DNA of 64,000 nucleotides from the NCBI GenBank assembly GCA_046541415.1, contig JBKHDI010000010.1:4284-68283 (forward strand), written 5' to 3'. The position numbers and the translations under genes are program-made. Below are positions 50,642-59,988 of the stretch, in pieces. Source of the DNA: Phycisphaerae bacterium (GTDB lineage: Bacteria > Planctomycetota > Phycisphaerae > SM23-33). Every line of letters begins with the position of its first letter. The first letter of the stretch is position 1. Under the pieces are notes generated by a model. The model did no database searches, had not been told where the DNA came from, and was given only the letters and a program-made list of their open reading frames with translations.

Positions 50642-51982
50642 ATGAGTCAGGATACCCCCCCCCAGATAGATTCGTTCGAACCGACCCGCCGCCGCGAGGC
50701 CCTCGAAGCCCAGGCGCCCCTTGCCCGCCAGAACCCCACCGGCCAGAACGTCAACATGCACTTCCACTCGTTCTTCTCCTACAACGGACAGGGCTGGTCG
50801 CCCAGCCATATCGCCGTCGAGGCCCGACAAGCCGGGCTGTACGCAGCCGGCCTGTGCGACTTCGACGTGTTGGACGGCATGGAGGAGTTCCTCTCGGCCG
50901 GACGCCTGCTGGGGCTTCGCACGGCCGTCTTCCTGGAAACCCGCGCCTACCTCGCCGAGTTCGGCGACAAGGACATCAACTCCCCCGGCGAACCGGGCGT
51001 GGCCTATTCGATGGGGGCAGGCTTCGTCCGCCGGCCCGAGCCCGGCAGCGAACAGGCCCGGACGCTGGAGCAGCTGCGTTCGGCCGCCCGCAGCCGCAAC
51101 GAACAGCTGATTGAGCGGATCAACAGGAAGCTCCAGAACCTCAACATCGACTACCAGACCGACGTGATCCCCCTGGCCCCGTCGGGCAACGCGACGGAAA
51201 GACATATCGTCTCAGCCTACGTGGACTCGGCAGCCAAGCTGTTTCCCGGACAGGCTTTGGAAGGCTTCTGGGGGATGGTCCTGGCCGCCGATGCCGCCGA
51301 CGTCCGCGATCTTCTCGCCGACCGGACAGCCCTGGAAGAAAAGGTCCGGTCCCGACTGGCCAAGCGGGGCGGGCTGGGCTACGTCCAGCCCTCTGCCGAG
51401 ACGTTCCCGCCGATGGAGACCTTCTACAGCTGGGTCGCCTCGTGCGACGCGATCCCCATGATCGCCTGGCTGGACGGAACCAGCCAAGGCGAGGCAGACC
51501 CCGAAGCGCTGTTTACCTGCCAGGTCGAAATGGGCGCAGAGGCCCTGAACATCATCCCCGACCGCAACTGGAACTTCTCCGATGCCGACAAGGCAACAAA
51601 GATGGCCGACAACCTCGATCTGTGCGTCAAGACCGCCCGGAAACTGAACCTGCCGATCAACATCGGCACGGAGATGAACAAGCCCGGCCTGCCGTTTGTC
51701 GACGACCTGGCCGGGCCCGTGCTCAGCCGCTACGCCGACGATTTCCGAACCGGTGCGGAGATCATGGTCGGGCACACCACCGCAAGTCTTTACGCAAATG
51801 TGTCTTACGTTTCCGATAAGGCTCGAAGCCAATGGCCCGACAAGGCCGATCGCAACGCCTTCTTCGCCTCAATCGGCGCCCTGGAACCGGTCGACGACGA
51901 TCTCCACGACAAGCTCCTCCAGGCCGGGCCGGAAAAGGCATTCCAGATCATCTCCGACGCCGCCGACGAAGGGCGATGGTAA
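50642..51982 (+). CDS. PHP-domain protein with atypical metal ligands
   Basis: NMHFHSFFS, GLCDFD, RSRNEQLI, TERH; AGGAG RBS. Confidence 0.65.
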   Translation: MSQDTPPQIDSFEPTRRREALEAQAPLARQNPTGQNVNMHFHSFFSYNGQGWSPSHIAVEARQAGLYAAGLCDFDVLDGMEEFLSAGRLLGLRTAVFLETRAYLAEFGDKDINSPGEPGVAYSMGAGFVRRPEPGSEQARTLEQLRSAARSRNEQLIERINRKLQNLNIDYQTDVIPLAPSGNATERHIVSAYVDSAAKLFPGQALEGFWGMVLAADAADVRDLLADRTALEEKVRSRLAKRGGLGYVQPSAETFPPMETFYSWVASCDAIPMIAWLDGTSQGEADPEALFTCQVEMGAEALNIIPDRNWNFSDADKATKMADNLDLCVKTARKLNLPINIGTEMNKPGLPFVDDLAGPVLSRYADDFRTGAEIMVGHTTASLYANVSYVSDKARSQWPDKADRNAFFASIGALEPVDDDLHDKLLQAGPEKAFQIISDAADEGRW

Positions 51983-51986
51983 CCCG

Positions 51987-53336
51987 CTACGGTTTGTTCG
52001 CCAAGGACAGGTAGTAGTTCTGCAGCGGGGCCATGCGGCCTCGCTGGATCTCGGTCGTGGTGAATTCCGAGCTGTGGATCTGCAACTGGCTGCGTCGGTC
52101 CCGGTCCAGGGCCCATCCGGCCATGCCGAAGGCGATCGCACCGGTCAGCAGGAGTCCCCGCAGCCAGGCGGGCTTGCGCTGGCTGGGCCTCTGCCCCCGG
52201 CGGCGCCAGAGTTCCACGAGCAGGCGGATGGCCAGGAACCCTGCCGCAGCCAGGGCGGCGATCTCGGCTGCAAGTTTCCATTGGTTGCTGTCGGGACCTG
52301 CCTGGAAAGGCATGGCCGCGGCCCGGCCCGGGCCGCAACTGTGCAGCGCTTCGACCTCTGGATCCAGGCGAAGGGACAACTGGCCGGCGAGTTGCTGATC
52401 GTCGGCCATCTCGGCCACGAGCATCCCGTGGCCGACGGCCATTTTGCGGATCCGGTGCGCTTCGAGCAGTTCGTACTCCCGACAGGCCGAGATCGCCAGG
52501 ATCAGCCCGAGCCTCTCGACCTGGCCCAGCAGGTCTCCTGCCCGATCGAAGCGTCCCTGGCGAGCCAGCTGGATCGACCGCCCGCACAGGGCAGAGGCGA
52601 TTGTCTGTGCCGGACCAGCCGCCAGAGGCAGGGTCGCGTTCTGGAAGTGGATTGCCTCGTGACGGCTTGCTTCGCTGTTTCGCCGCAGCAGGATTTCCGT
52701 TCGTTTCTGGAGCAGCTCGTAGCTGCGCGGGCGGATCATTCCGCAGTCCAGGGCCTGTTGGAGGCAGTCCAGGGCCTGCTGGTAAGATTCGCCGTCCCGG
52801 ATGCTCGCGTTCCAGGCACGCCATTCTGCGGTACCGGAACGGGTCTGCATCCTGTACTGCAATTGTTCATCTCGCTGCAGGCTGCACGCCCGGTCCAGCA
52901 GTGTAGCTGCCTGGAGCATGGGGTAGAACCCATTTCCCGGGTCGATCTGGCGGCCGCGCTGGAGCTTGGCCATCCATTTGCTGGAATGTTCGGGCTGTCC
53001 GTGCTGGTTCTGCAGGCAATCGGGACTGCAGCAGAGGATGGCATTGATGTAGTTGCCGTAGCAATCCGCGTCGCCGGGGAACTTCTCTGCCACCGCCCGC
53101 GCGCGGTCCAAAGAAGAGCAGTCGTGGTTGATCCCTCCGTCCAGGAGCATCTGTTCCTGGCGGCTGTGAGATTTTAACAAGCTCGTCCAGTAGGTCGGCC
53201 CCGGCAGGGCCCAGACTACCGCCAGCCCCGTGCAAAGGGCAGCCAGCAACAGTGTCCGGATGGTGATCCCCCCGTTGTCGGGTTGGATATCGCCAATACC
53301 TGCCCCATTGTCCCGTCTATCTTCCCTTTTCGGCAA
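51987..53336 (-). CDS. Hypothetical membrane-anchored helical (TPR-like) protein
   Basis: Long ORF with an N-terminal TM, helical body (DPGNGFY) and two C-terminal TMs; fills the gap between neighbours. Confidence 0.6.
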   Translation of the reverse strand: MPKREDRRDNGAGIGDIQPDNGGITIRTLLLAALCTGLAVVWALPGPTYWTSLLKSHSRQEQMLLDGGINHDCSSLDRARAVAEKFPGDADCYGNYINAILCCSPDCLQNQHGQPEHSSKWMAKLQRGRQIDPGNGFYPMLQAATLLDRACSLQRDEQLQYRMQTRSGTAEWRAWNASIRDGESYQQALDCLQQALDCGMIRPRSYELLQKRTEILLRRNSEASRHEAIHFQNATLPLAAGPAQTIASALCGRSIQLARQGRFDRAGDLLGQVERLGLILAISACREYELLEAHRIRKMAVGHGMLVAEMADDQQLAGQLSLRLDPEVEALHSCGPGRAAAMPFQAGPDSNQWKLAAEIAALAAAGFLAIRLLVELWRRRGQRPSQRKPAWLRGLLLTGAIAFGMAGWALDRDRRSQLQIHSSEFTTTEIQRGRMAPLQNYYLSLANKP

Positions 53337-53457
53337 GCTCTGCTCCCATCAGAATCTGCAACACTGTGTCCGGCCCCGGTGAGCATAGACGCAGCAGCCC
53401 GTCGTTTGATTCCGAAAAATGCATTAATAGCGCATACAGACAGAATCCTTCCGGCTC

Positions 53458-54222
53458 TCAGACCGTCAGCAACGTCCCTGCTGTGTAACGATCTGCCACG
53501 TGCAGCTGCGCCTCGGCCCCGCAGAAGTGGCGGTGGACGGTCAGGGCCTTGGAAGGGCAGTTGTTCTCGGCTGAAAGGTGACCGATGCAAGCCCAGGCGA
53601 GGTTTCGTCCGGCCGAGGCGAGCAGTTGGGCCGCTTCGATGTTCGACAGGTGGCCGGCCGGTCCGGAAATCCGCCGCTTCAGAAAGGCCGGGTAAGGCCC
53701 GCCGGCCAGCATGTCCGGGTCATAGTTGCTCTCGACCAGCACAGCCGAGCAGGAGCGGATGGCCTCGTCCAGGCCGAGAAAGACGTGGCCGAGGTCGGTG
53801 AAGATACCCACGCGCGTGCTGCCGTCATCGACGATGAAGGCGGCCCCGTCGGCTGCGTCATGCGGCGTGGGAATGCTCTGGATGGTCAGATCCCCGATCT
53901 GCAGACTCTTGCCGGCAGAGAAGGTCCGGACCCGGTCCATCCTGCCCAGCTGGTTGCGCCTCTGGGCAGCCCGGAGCGTCTTGTCCGTTGCCCAGACATC
54001 CAGCTCGAACTTCCGCTGGAAAATGCCCATCGACCGGGTGTGATCCGAATGGTCGTGCGAGATCAGTACGGCGTCGACATCGCGGATCTCCAAGCCATGG
54101 CCTGCCAGGCGCAGCTCGGCCTGGCGGCCGGAGATCCCCGCGTCGATCAGGATCTGGGTCTCATCGCTGGCGAGGTAGAGGCAATTGCCGTTCGAGCCGG
54201 ATTGCAGGGAACAGAATCGCAT
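53458..54222 (-). CDS. MBL-fold metallo-hydrolase (YycJ/WalJ-like)
   Basis: SGSNGN, IDAG, SHDHSDH, PHDA, TDLG, ESNYD, GHLSN, HLS. Confidence 0.9.
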   Translation of the reverse strand: MRFCSLQSGSNGNCLYLASDETQILIDAGISGRQAELRLAGHGLEIRDVDAVLISHDHSDHTRSMGIFQRKFELDVWATDKTLRAAQRRNQLGRMDRVRTFSAGKSLQIGDLTIQSIPTPHDAADGAAFIVDDGSTRVGIFTDLGHVFLGLDEAIRSCSAVLVESNYDPDMLAGGPYPAFLKRRISGPAGHLSNIEAAQLLASAGRNLAWACIGHLSAENNCPSKALTVHRHFCGAEAQLHVADRYTAGTLLTV

Positions 54223-54311
54223 GCGGGCATTGTAGCAGCAGGGGCGGGCCCAGGCAAAACCCGGCTGCTTTCTGTTGGATTCTCCACGCCCCGCGCGGTA
54301 CACCACGGGCC

Positions 54312-54872
54312 ATGGATATTCACATGGTAGAGTCTCAGCCGGCCGAGAAGACCACCCTGGACGACGTGCGCGGGATGGTGGCCCTGTCGGCCCGGGTCTG
54401 GCCCGACGAGGTCGACGACGTCGAGGCGACGGCCCGGCGGATCCATGAGAAGGGCCCGGGCGAACCGGACTGGCGGAACTGGTGGATTCGACGGAACGGG
54501 CAGATCGTGGCCAAGGCCCACACCTTCGCCCGGACCATCCAGGATGACAGCGCACCGCTGCGGATCCTCGCCCTGGCAGGGGTCTGCACCGATCCGGCCT
54601 GTCGAGGCGAAGGTCTGGCCAAGGCGATCGTCGAGGGCGCGTTGGCGCTGGTCGACAGCGGCCAGTACCCGGCGGCGCTTTTCCAGACCAGCTCGGCCGT
54701 CGCACCCTTCTACGAGAAGCTCGGGGCCTTGCGGATTCCCAACGAGGTGGTCAATTCGCTCAACACCGAGGACCCCAAGGCCAACCCATTCTGGGACGAC
54801 GTGGTGATGTGGTACCCCTCGGTCGGCCAGCTGCCCGTCGGCCCGATCGACCTGCAAGGCCCGGGTTACTGA
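54312..54872 (+). CDS. GNAT-family N-acetyltransferase
   Basis: LAGVCTDPACRGEGLA (motif A) and FYEKLG. Confidence 0.85.
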   Translation: MDIHMVESQPAEKTTLDDVRGMVALSARVWPDEVDDVEATARRIHEKGPGEPDWRNWWIRRNGQIVAKAHTFARTIQDDSAPLRILALAGVCTDPACRGEGLAKAIVEGALALVDSGQYPAALFQTSSAVAPFYEKLGALRIPNEVVNSLNTEDPKANPFWDDVVMWYPSVGQLPVGPIDLQGPGY

Positions 54873-54957
54873 CAGCTCAAAGCCCTTGCATCGGGGCGGG
54901 GTTTGGGTCAGAATGCGTTTCTCGCGCCGTGTTAGCCCTCACCCAGGAGCCCGCAGT

Positions 54958-56265
54958 ATGTCCTCCATCCAGTACCGCAAAGACCAGTCCATCCCCGTCA
55001 TCGCCTCGCCGGAAGTCGCCGTCATCGGCGGCGGGCCCGGCGGGATCGGCGCCGCCGTCTTCGCCGCCCGGGCCGGGGCCAGGACGCTGCTGATCGAGCG
55101 ATACGGATACCTGGGAGGCATGGCCGCTGCCGGTGAAGTCCACCCCTTCATGCCCAACCACGCGGGGGGCAAGTGCCTCGACAAGCCCGTCTACGTCGAG
55201 TGGGTCCAGGCCATGCGAGGCTACATGCCCCAAGGGTACAACCAGCCGGTCGATGGGGAAATCCCCGACGGTAACGCGCGCGTGATCAGCAAAGACGCCG
55301 CCATGCTCGCCGCCGAAGACCTCTGCCTCTCTGCCGGGGCCGAGTTGCTCTACCATCACAGCCTGGCCGACGTGATCGCAAGCGACGGCAAGATCGAAGC
55401 GATCGTGCTGCTGAGCAAGTCGGGCCTGACGGCCGTGACGGCAGAGTGCTTCGTCGACGCCACCGGCGACGCAGACCTGGCCGCCTGGGCAGGCTGCCCG
55501 ATCGAGGTCGGCGGGCCCAGCGGGCACTGTCAGCCCATGACGCTCTGCTTCAAACTCGGCGGGGTCGACAAGTCCCGCACGCCGGGGCGCAGGGAAGTCA
55601 CCGAACTGTACCACCAGGCCCGCGAGGCCGGGCAGATCGACTGCGTCCGCGAGGACGTGCTGCAGTTCGAGTGGGTCCTGGACGACGTGGTGCACTTCAA
55701 CACCACGCGGGTGATCCACAAGTCGGGCATCAGCGGGGCTGAACTCAGCGCCGCCGAGATCGACGCCCGGCGTCAGCTGCGCGAGTACCTGCAGTTTTTC
55801 CGCAATCACGTGCCCGGCTACGAAAAGGCATACGTCTTCTCCGTGGCCCATCACGTCGGCGTCCGGGAGACCCGGCGGGTCAAGGGCAAGGCCTACCTGG
55901 TCAAGCAGGACTTCGTGGATGCATCGAAGTTCGACGACGCCATCGCCCGCGTGCATTACCCCATCGACATCCACAACCCCGACGGACAGGGCACCGAGCA
56001 CCTGCGACTCGAGGCCGACGAATACTACGAGATCCCCTACGGCTGCATCGTGCCCGAAGCGTGCGACAACCTGCTGATTGCGGGGCGGCCGATCTCGGTC
56101 GACCACGCGGTGCACAGTTCCATGCGGGTCATGCCCCCGGCGATGTCTGTGGGCCAGGCGGCCGGGCTGGCCGCGGCGACGGCGGCCAAATCCCACAACA
56201 AGCCCGCCGACCTGGACGGCAGGCAGATCCGCGCGACACTGCAGGAAATGGGCGCGTACCTGTAA
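54958..56265 (+). CDS. FAD-dependent oxidoreductase (FAD_oxidored family)
   Basis: VIGGGPGG, DATGDAD, GVRETRR, YEIPYG, SMRVMP..MSVGQAAG; AGGAG RBS. Confidence 0.88.
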   Translation: MSSIQYRKDQSIPVIASPEVAVIGGGPGGIGAAVFAARAGARTLLIERYGYLGGMAAAGEVHPFMPNHAGGKCLDKPVYVEWVQAMRGYMPQGYNQPVDGEIPDGNARVISKDAAMLAAEDLCLSAGAELLYHHSLADVIASDGKIEAIVLLSKSGLTAVTAECFVDATGDADLAAWAGCPIEVGGPSGHCQPMTLCFKLGGVDKSRTPGRREVTELYHQAREAGQIDCVREDVLQFEWVLDDVVHFNTTRVIHKSGISGAELSAAEIDARRQLREYLQFFRNHVPGYEKAYVFSVAHHVGVRETRRVKGKAYLVKQDFVDASKFDDAIARVHYPIDIHNPDGQGTEHLRLEADEYYEIPYGCIVPEACDNLLIAGRPISVDHAVHSSMRVMPPAMSVGQAAGLAAATAAKSHNKPADLDGRQIRATLQEMGAYL

Positions 56266-56272
56266 AGGAAGG

Positions 56273-57529
56273 TCAGTCCTCGTCGCCCCCCGCCTCGGCG
56301 GCCGCCCTGCGGGCATCGTCGCAGTCAACCGGGGCGATCTCCAGCGTCCGCGGGCCCAGCAGCGAGATCGCCCAGGCCCCGGCCGGGGCAGTCAGCAATA
56401 TCGCCAGCACAGCCATCGCCAGGATCAACTCGCCCGGGGCGGTGTCCATCCCCGCCGCGGACATCGCCGCCAGGGGCACTGCGCCGATGGCCGCCTGGAC
56501 GGTGGCCTTGGGCAGGTAGGCGACGTTGACGAACAGCCTCTCTCGAGCTGTCAGGTCGCTGCCGAGCAGGCTCAGCCAGACCCCGCCGCTTCGGGCCAGC
56601 AGGCCGATGAGAATCACCCCTGCCCCGGCCAGCCCCGCCTCCCAGGCCACCGGCAGGTTCACCTGCGCGCCGACCAGCGTAAACAGCAGGATCTCGGCCA
56701 GGATCCACACCTTGCCCAGCTTGGCCGATATCTCGTGGGCCATCCGCTCGCGACGCTCCAGGAAGATCACCCCGATCGCCATCGCCGAGACCAGCGCGGC
56801 AAAAGGCAGCCACCCGGCCAGGACGTGCTGCAGGCGGAGCAACAGCAGCGACGCCGCCACGATCGCCAGCACCCGCTTGGTCGCCCGCGGATTGAAGCGG
56901 TCGAACAGGCGATACAGCCCCCAGCCGACCAGCAGGCCCACAGCCACACCCAGGACAATCGAAATCGGGATCCCCGCCAGCTGCCAGGCCAGGTTCGCCT
57001 CGACTCCGGTGTACAGGCCGACCATCACGCCGAAAACGACAATCACGTAAACATCGTCAACCGAGCTGGCCGCCAGAACCATCGTCGGAATGCCCTTCCG
57101 GGCCCCGCGCCGCTGCTGGATCAAGCCGATCATCATCGGAACCACCACAGCCGGTGAAACCGCTGCCAGCACCGAGCCCAGCAGGGCTGCGCCCATCGTC
57201 GAAAGCCCCAGCAGACGGGGCCCAGCCAGGGTAATCGCCCCGATCTCCAGGCTGGCCGGAACAAATGCCAGCAGCAGCGCCCGGCCTCCGACGCGGTGCA
57301 GAACGCTGCGGCTGAGCTCGAAGCCCGCCCGCAGCAGAATCACGATCAACGCCATCAGCCGCAGGTCCTGACCGACGCCCAGCAGCTCCGGATCGATCCA
57401 CCCCAGCACGTAAGGCCCGAAGACAACGCCCGCCAGGAGCATCCCCACCAGGCCCGGTATCCGCACCTTGCCCAGCAGCCACGCGCCCAGGAGAGAAACC
57501 AGAATCAACTCCGCAATGCTCGTCGCCAT
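56273..57529 (-). CDS. Cation:proton antiporter (NhaP/NHA2-like)
   Basis: About 12-13 TMs, ILLRAG, AVSPAVVVP, SVDDV, PKATVQAAIG. Confidence 0.88.
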   Translation of the reverse strand: MATSIAELILVSLLGAWLLGKVRIPGLVGMLLAGVVFGPYVLGWIDPELLGVGQDLRLMALIVILLRAGFELSRSVLHRVGGRALLLAFVPASLEIGAITLAGPRLLGLSTMGAALLGSVLAAVSPAVVVPMMIGLIQQRRGARKGIPTMVLAASSVDDVYVIVVFGVMVGLYTGVEANLAWQLAGIPISIVLGVAVGLLVGWGLYRLFDRFNPRATKRVLAIVAASLLLLRLQHVLAGWLPFAALVSAMAIGVIFLERRERMAHEISAKLGKVWILAEILLFTLVGAQVNLPVAWEAGLAGAGVILIGLLARSGGVWLSLLGSDLTARERLFVNVAYLPKATVQAAIGAVPLAAMSAAGMDTAPGELILAMAVLAILLTAPAGAWAISLLGPRTLEIAPVDCDDARRAAAEAGGDED

Positions 57530-57685
57530 CAGACTCCACCTGCAAAAGGTCCCGGTCCGGACCATATCCTCCCCCGACACGCCGTACAAGCCTCGCCTCG
57601 ACTATGGCCGGTGTGTTCCTTCCTCGCCGGGCACGCCGTAGCCGTATCCCGGCGTATTGAGCCAGGACGTAACTGCCTTCGTGTA

Positions 57686-57727
57686 GAAACACTGCAGCCC
57701 GTCACCTCTCCCGGCGACGGGCTGCAG
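57686..57727 (-). terminator. Intrinsic terminator after the PEP-CTERM gene
   Basis: CTGCAGCCCGTC / GACGGGCTGCAG stem followed by TGTTTCT on the minus strand. Confidence 0.65.
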
Positions 57728-57752
57728 GAAACCTTCTCGGAGTCTTGTATTT

Positions 57753-59480
57753 TCAGCGTTTGCGGCGTCTGAGCAGGGCCAGGCCACCCAGTGCCAGCAG
57801 GGACAGACAGGCCGGTTCGGGCACGACGTTGCCAGCCCCGCCGTTGTAGAGATACTCCACTTGCTCTTGGGTGAGCTTGCCGCGATAGATGGCCAGGTCG
57901 TCCAACCAGCCGCCGAAGAAGTCGCCGGGGTCAGAGCCGTCATATTCCATGCCGAGTTGCATGAACGCTGCAGCGTCCCAGTCGATGACCTTCGAGGTAA
58001 AGCCGGGCAGCACGGTCCCGTCGACATAGACAACCTGCTCGCCGGTCTCGCCGTCGTGGACTACCGCCAGGTGGTGCCACTTCTGGTCATTGAAGTCGGC
58101 TCCGGGTGCCGAACTGGTGGTATCGATAAAGATACCGCCGGTTTCCGGGTCGATGCCGATCCGGTAGAGGTTGCCCGAGGCAGTATTGGATCCAACAAAA
58201 AGGCTGTTCCAGGTGTACGTGCCAACCTGGTCGCCGTGGTCGGTCTTGAACCAGAGGCTTACGGAAGTGTCATCTCCAGTGGACAACTCATCGAGAACCG
58301 AGTCGATCTCCACGTACTGCCCGAAGCTACTTTGCAGTGATGTATATGCGTTGAGCGTTCCGTCTTCTATCAGACGCAGGGCCCCGTCGCCCAGCTTGAC
58401 ACTGTCTGTCGCAATGCCGGGCAGACCGTGGTCGATCCCGCTGGTGCCGACAAACTTCCGGGCCGATCCGTCATGCCCGTTGCCGCTGGCGTCGGTCAGG
58501 CCGGTGGCGGTGTCGAACGGATAGTAGGCCAGTAAAACAGCCGGAGTGATTTCTTCGATTGCGGCCGGAACCATCACCCGCGAGCCTTGCCGGCCGTAGC
58601 CAACGACGTCGAAAGCGTACGAACCATCTTCGATGTTAACGCCAAGGGTGACGGTCGAGTAGGCGTTGTCTGCGACCGGGTCCGTGCCTCCCCCTACGTT
58701 ACCAACGGTGGTCATGTAGTGGATGCCGTTGATCTGGGAGTACCCGCCGGAGTGATGGTGCCCCTGAAAGACGGCTTGGACTTGGCCGTCGGCCTCGAGG
58801 ATGCTGCGCACCTGCGTGCCGTTCTTGACGTTCAAACTGTCAGAGTCGGGCCTGTCGAGCGTCTGGTGGATGAAGATGACGGTCGGGGCCTCGACTGCGG
58901 CCAGATCGGTGGCCAGCCATTCCAGTTGCTGCTGGGGGATGTTTGCGTCGGTCCAGTCAAAATTCCCGCTGTCATAGGCCGTCCCGTCGGAGGTGAAGCA
59001 GGCGTCCAGTGTGACAAAGTGCACGCCGTTATGGTTGAAGGAGTAATACGTGCTGCTGGGATCAATGCCCGTGTTGGTCACGCGGGCCTGGAAGTCCGTC
59101 TTGGAGATCGAATCCAAGTCATGGTTGCCCAGTACGTGGTAGGTCGGGCCGGTGTAGGTCTGGTAGACGGCCTCGACCTCTTCGAGGTACTGCTTGGTGG
59201 TCTGAGGGTTGGGGGTAGGGTACTGGTCTTTGAAATCGCCGAGTTCCACGACGAAATCCACGCCGAGATCGTTCATGTGATCAGCGAAAACCTGCGTTTT
59301 GTCCAGCGCGGCGGAATAGTATCTGCCCGTATCGGGCCGGTTGGCATGGTGGATGTCGGCGATCAGGCCGAAGGTCAGCATCGACTGATACCCTGCAGGC
59401 AGTTGGGCGTTGGTTTGCTGGGCGGTCCAGCAGCAGACGATGGCGGCCAGAAAGACTCCAAAGCGGAATGGTTTTCTCAC
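57753..59480 (-). CDS. Metallophosphoesterase + LamG-like domain + PEP-CTERM surface protein
   Basis: GTG start after GGAG; signal peptide; ADIH, LGD, GNHD and GHHH motifs; WHHLAV...VYVDG and DDLAIY; C-terminal VPEP-TM-RRRKR. Confidence 0.88.
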   Translation of the reverse strand: MRKPFRFGVFLAAIVCCWTAQQTNAQLPAGYQSMLTFGLIADIHHANRPDTGRYYSAALDKTQVFADHMNDLGVDFVVELGDFKDQYPTPNPQTTKQYLEEVEAVYQTYTGPTYHVLGNHDLDSISKTDFQARVTNTGIDPSSTYYSFNHNGVHFVTLDACFTSDGTAYDSGNFDWTDANIPQQQLEWLATDLAAVEAPTVIFIHQTLDRPDSDSLNVKNGTQVRSILEADGQVQAVFQGHHHSGGYSQINGIHYMTTVGNVGGGTDPVADNAYSTVTLGVNIEDGSYAFDVVGYGRQGSRVMVPAAIEEITPAVLLAYYPFDTATGLTDASGNGHDGSARKFVGTSGIDHGLPGIATDSVKLGDGALRLIEDGTLNAYTSLQSSFGQYVEIDSVLDELSTGDDTSVSLWFKTDHGDQVGTYTWNSLFVGSNTASGNLYRIGIDPETGGIFIDTTSSAPGADFNDQKWHHLAVVHDGETGEQVVYVDGTVLPGFTSKVIDWDAAAFMQLGMEYDGSDPGDFFGGWLDDLAIYRGKLTQEQVEYLYNGGAGNVVPEPACLSLLALGGLALLRRRKR

Positions 59481-59988
59481 GGTAGGCTCCTTTTGCATCA
59501 GGAATGATTGCGCGTGTCGTTCTCGTTTGACGACCAGAGCGAAAGGTAGCGAGATTCTGTTAGCGTGGCGCATGCAACTGAAGAACTCTCGGAAAACGTT
59601 CTGCAACCATATAATTTACATTGGCTTAGCGTCTTGTTACCAAACATCATTAACCAACGCAGAAACGGACCTTGCACTGCGAGAGTTGCACCGACGCTAG
59701 GGAGAAAAGATGCAGATACCAGCAGGAGGCCCTTCACCCGACCAAGACGGCAAGGGCCCGGCGCACAACTCGAATGGAGAAGCAGTACAAGAGCTTCTTG
59801 GTTGCTCTCGACGAGTTTCAGAACCATAGAGCAAAGATCCGGAATCGACCTTCGCTGACGGCAAAGGGCCGTTGTTGCTGAAATCTCGCCCCGGATCTTG
59901 GAGGCGCGTTGATTGGCTGGTATGATGGCCCACACGCGGGGCGCGGGCCCCAGGGACCCAAGCATCTCAGCCGACACGGACGGAGCCG

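Noticed and set aside
57530-57690. Fluoride, Na+ or Li+ riboswitch upstream of the antiporter
   Set aside because: I could not match the consensus cores by eye; a covariance-model search would be needed.
59710-59829. 39-aa ORF (MQIPAGG...) with a GGAG upstream
   Set aside because: Short, atypical codon use and no recognisable motif; insufficient support.
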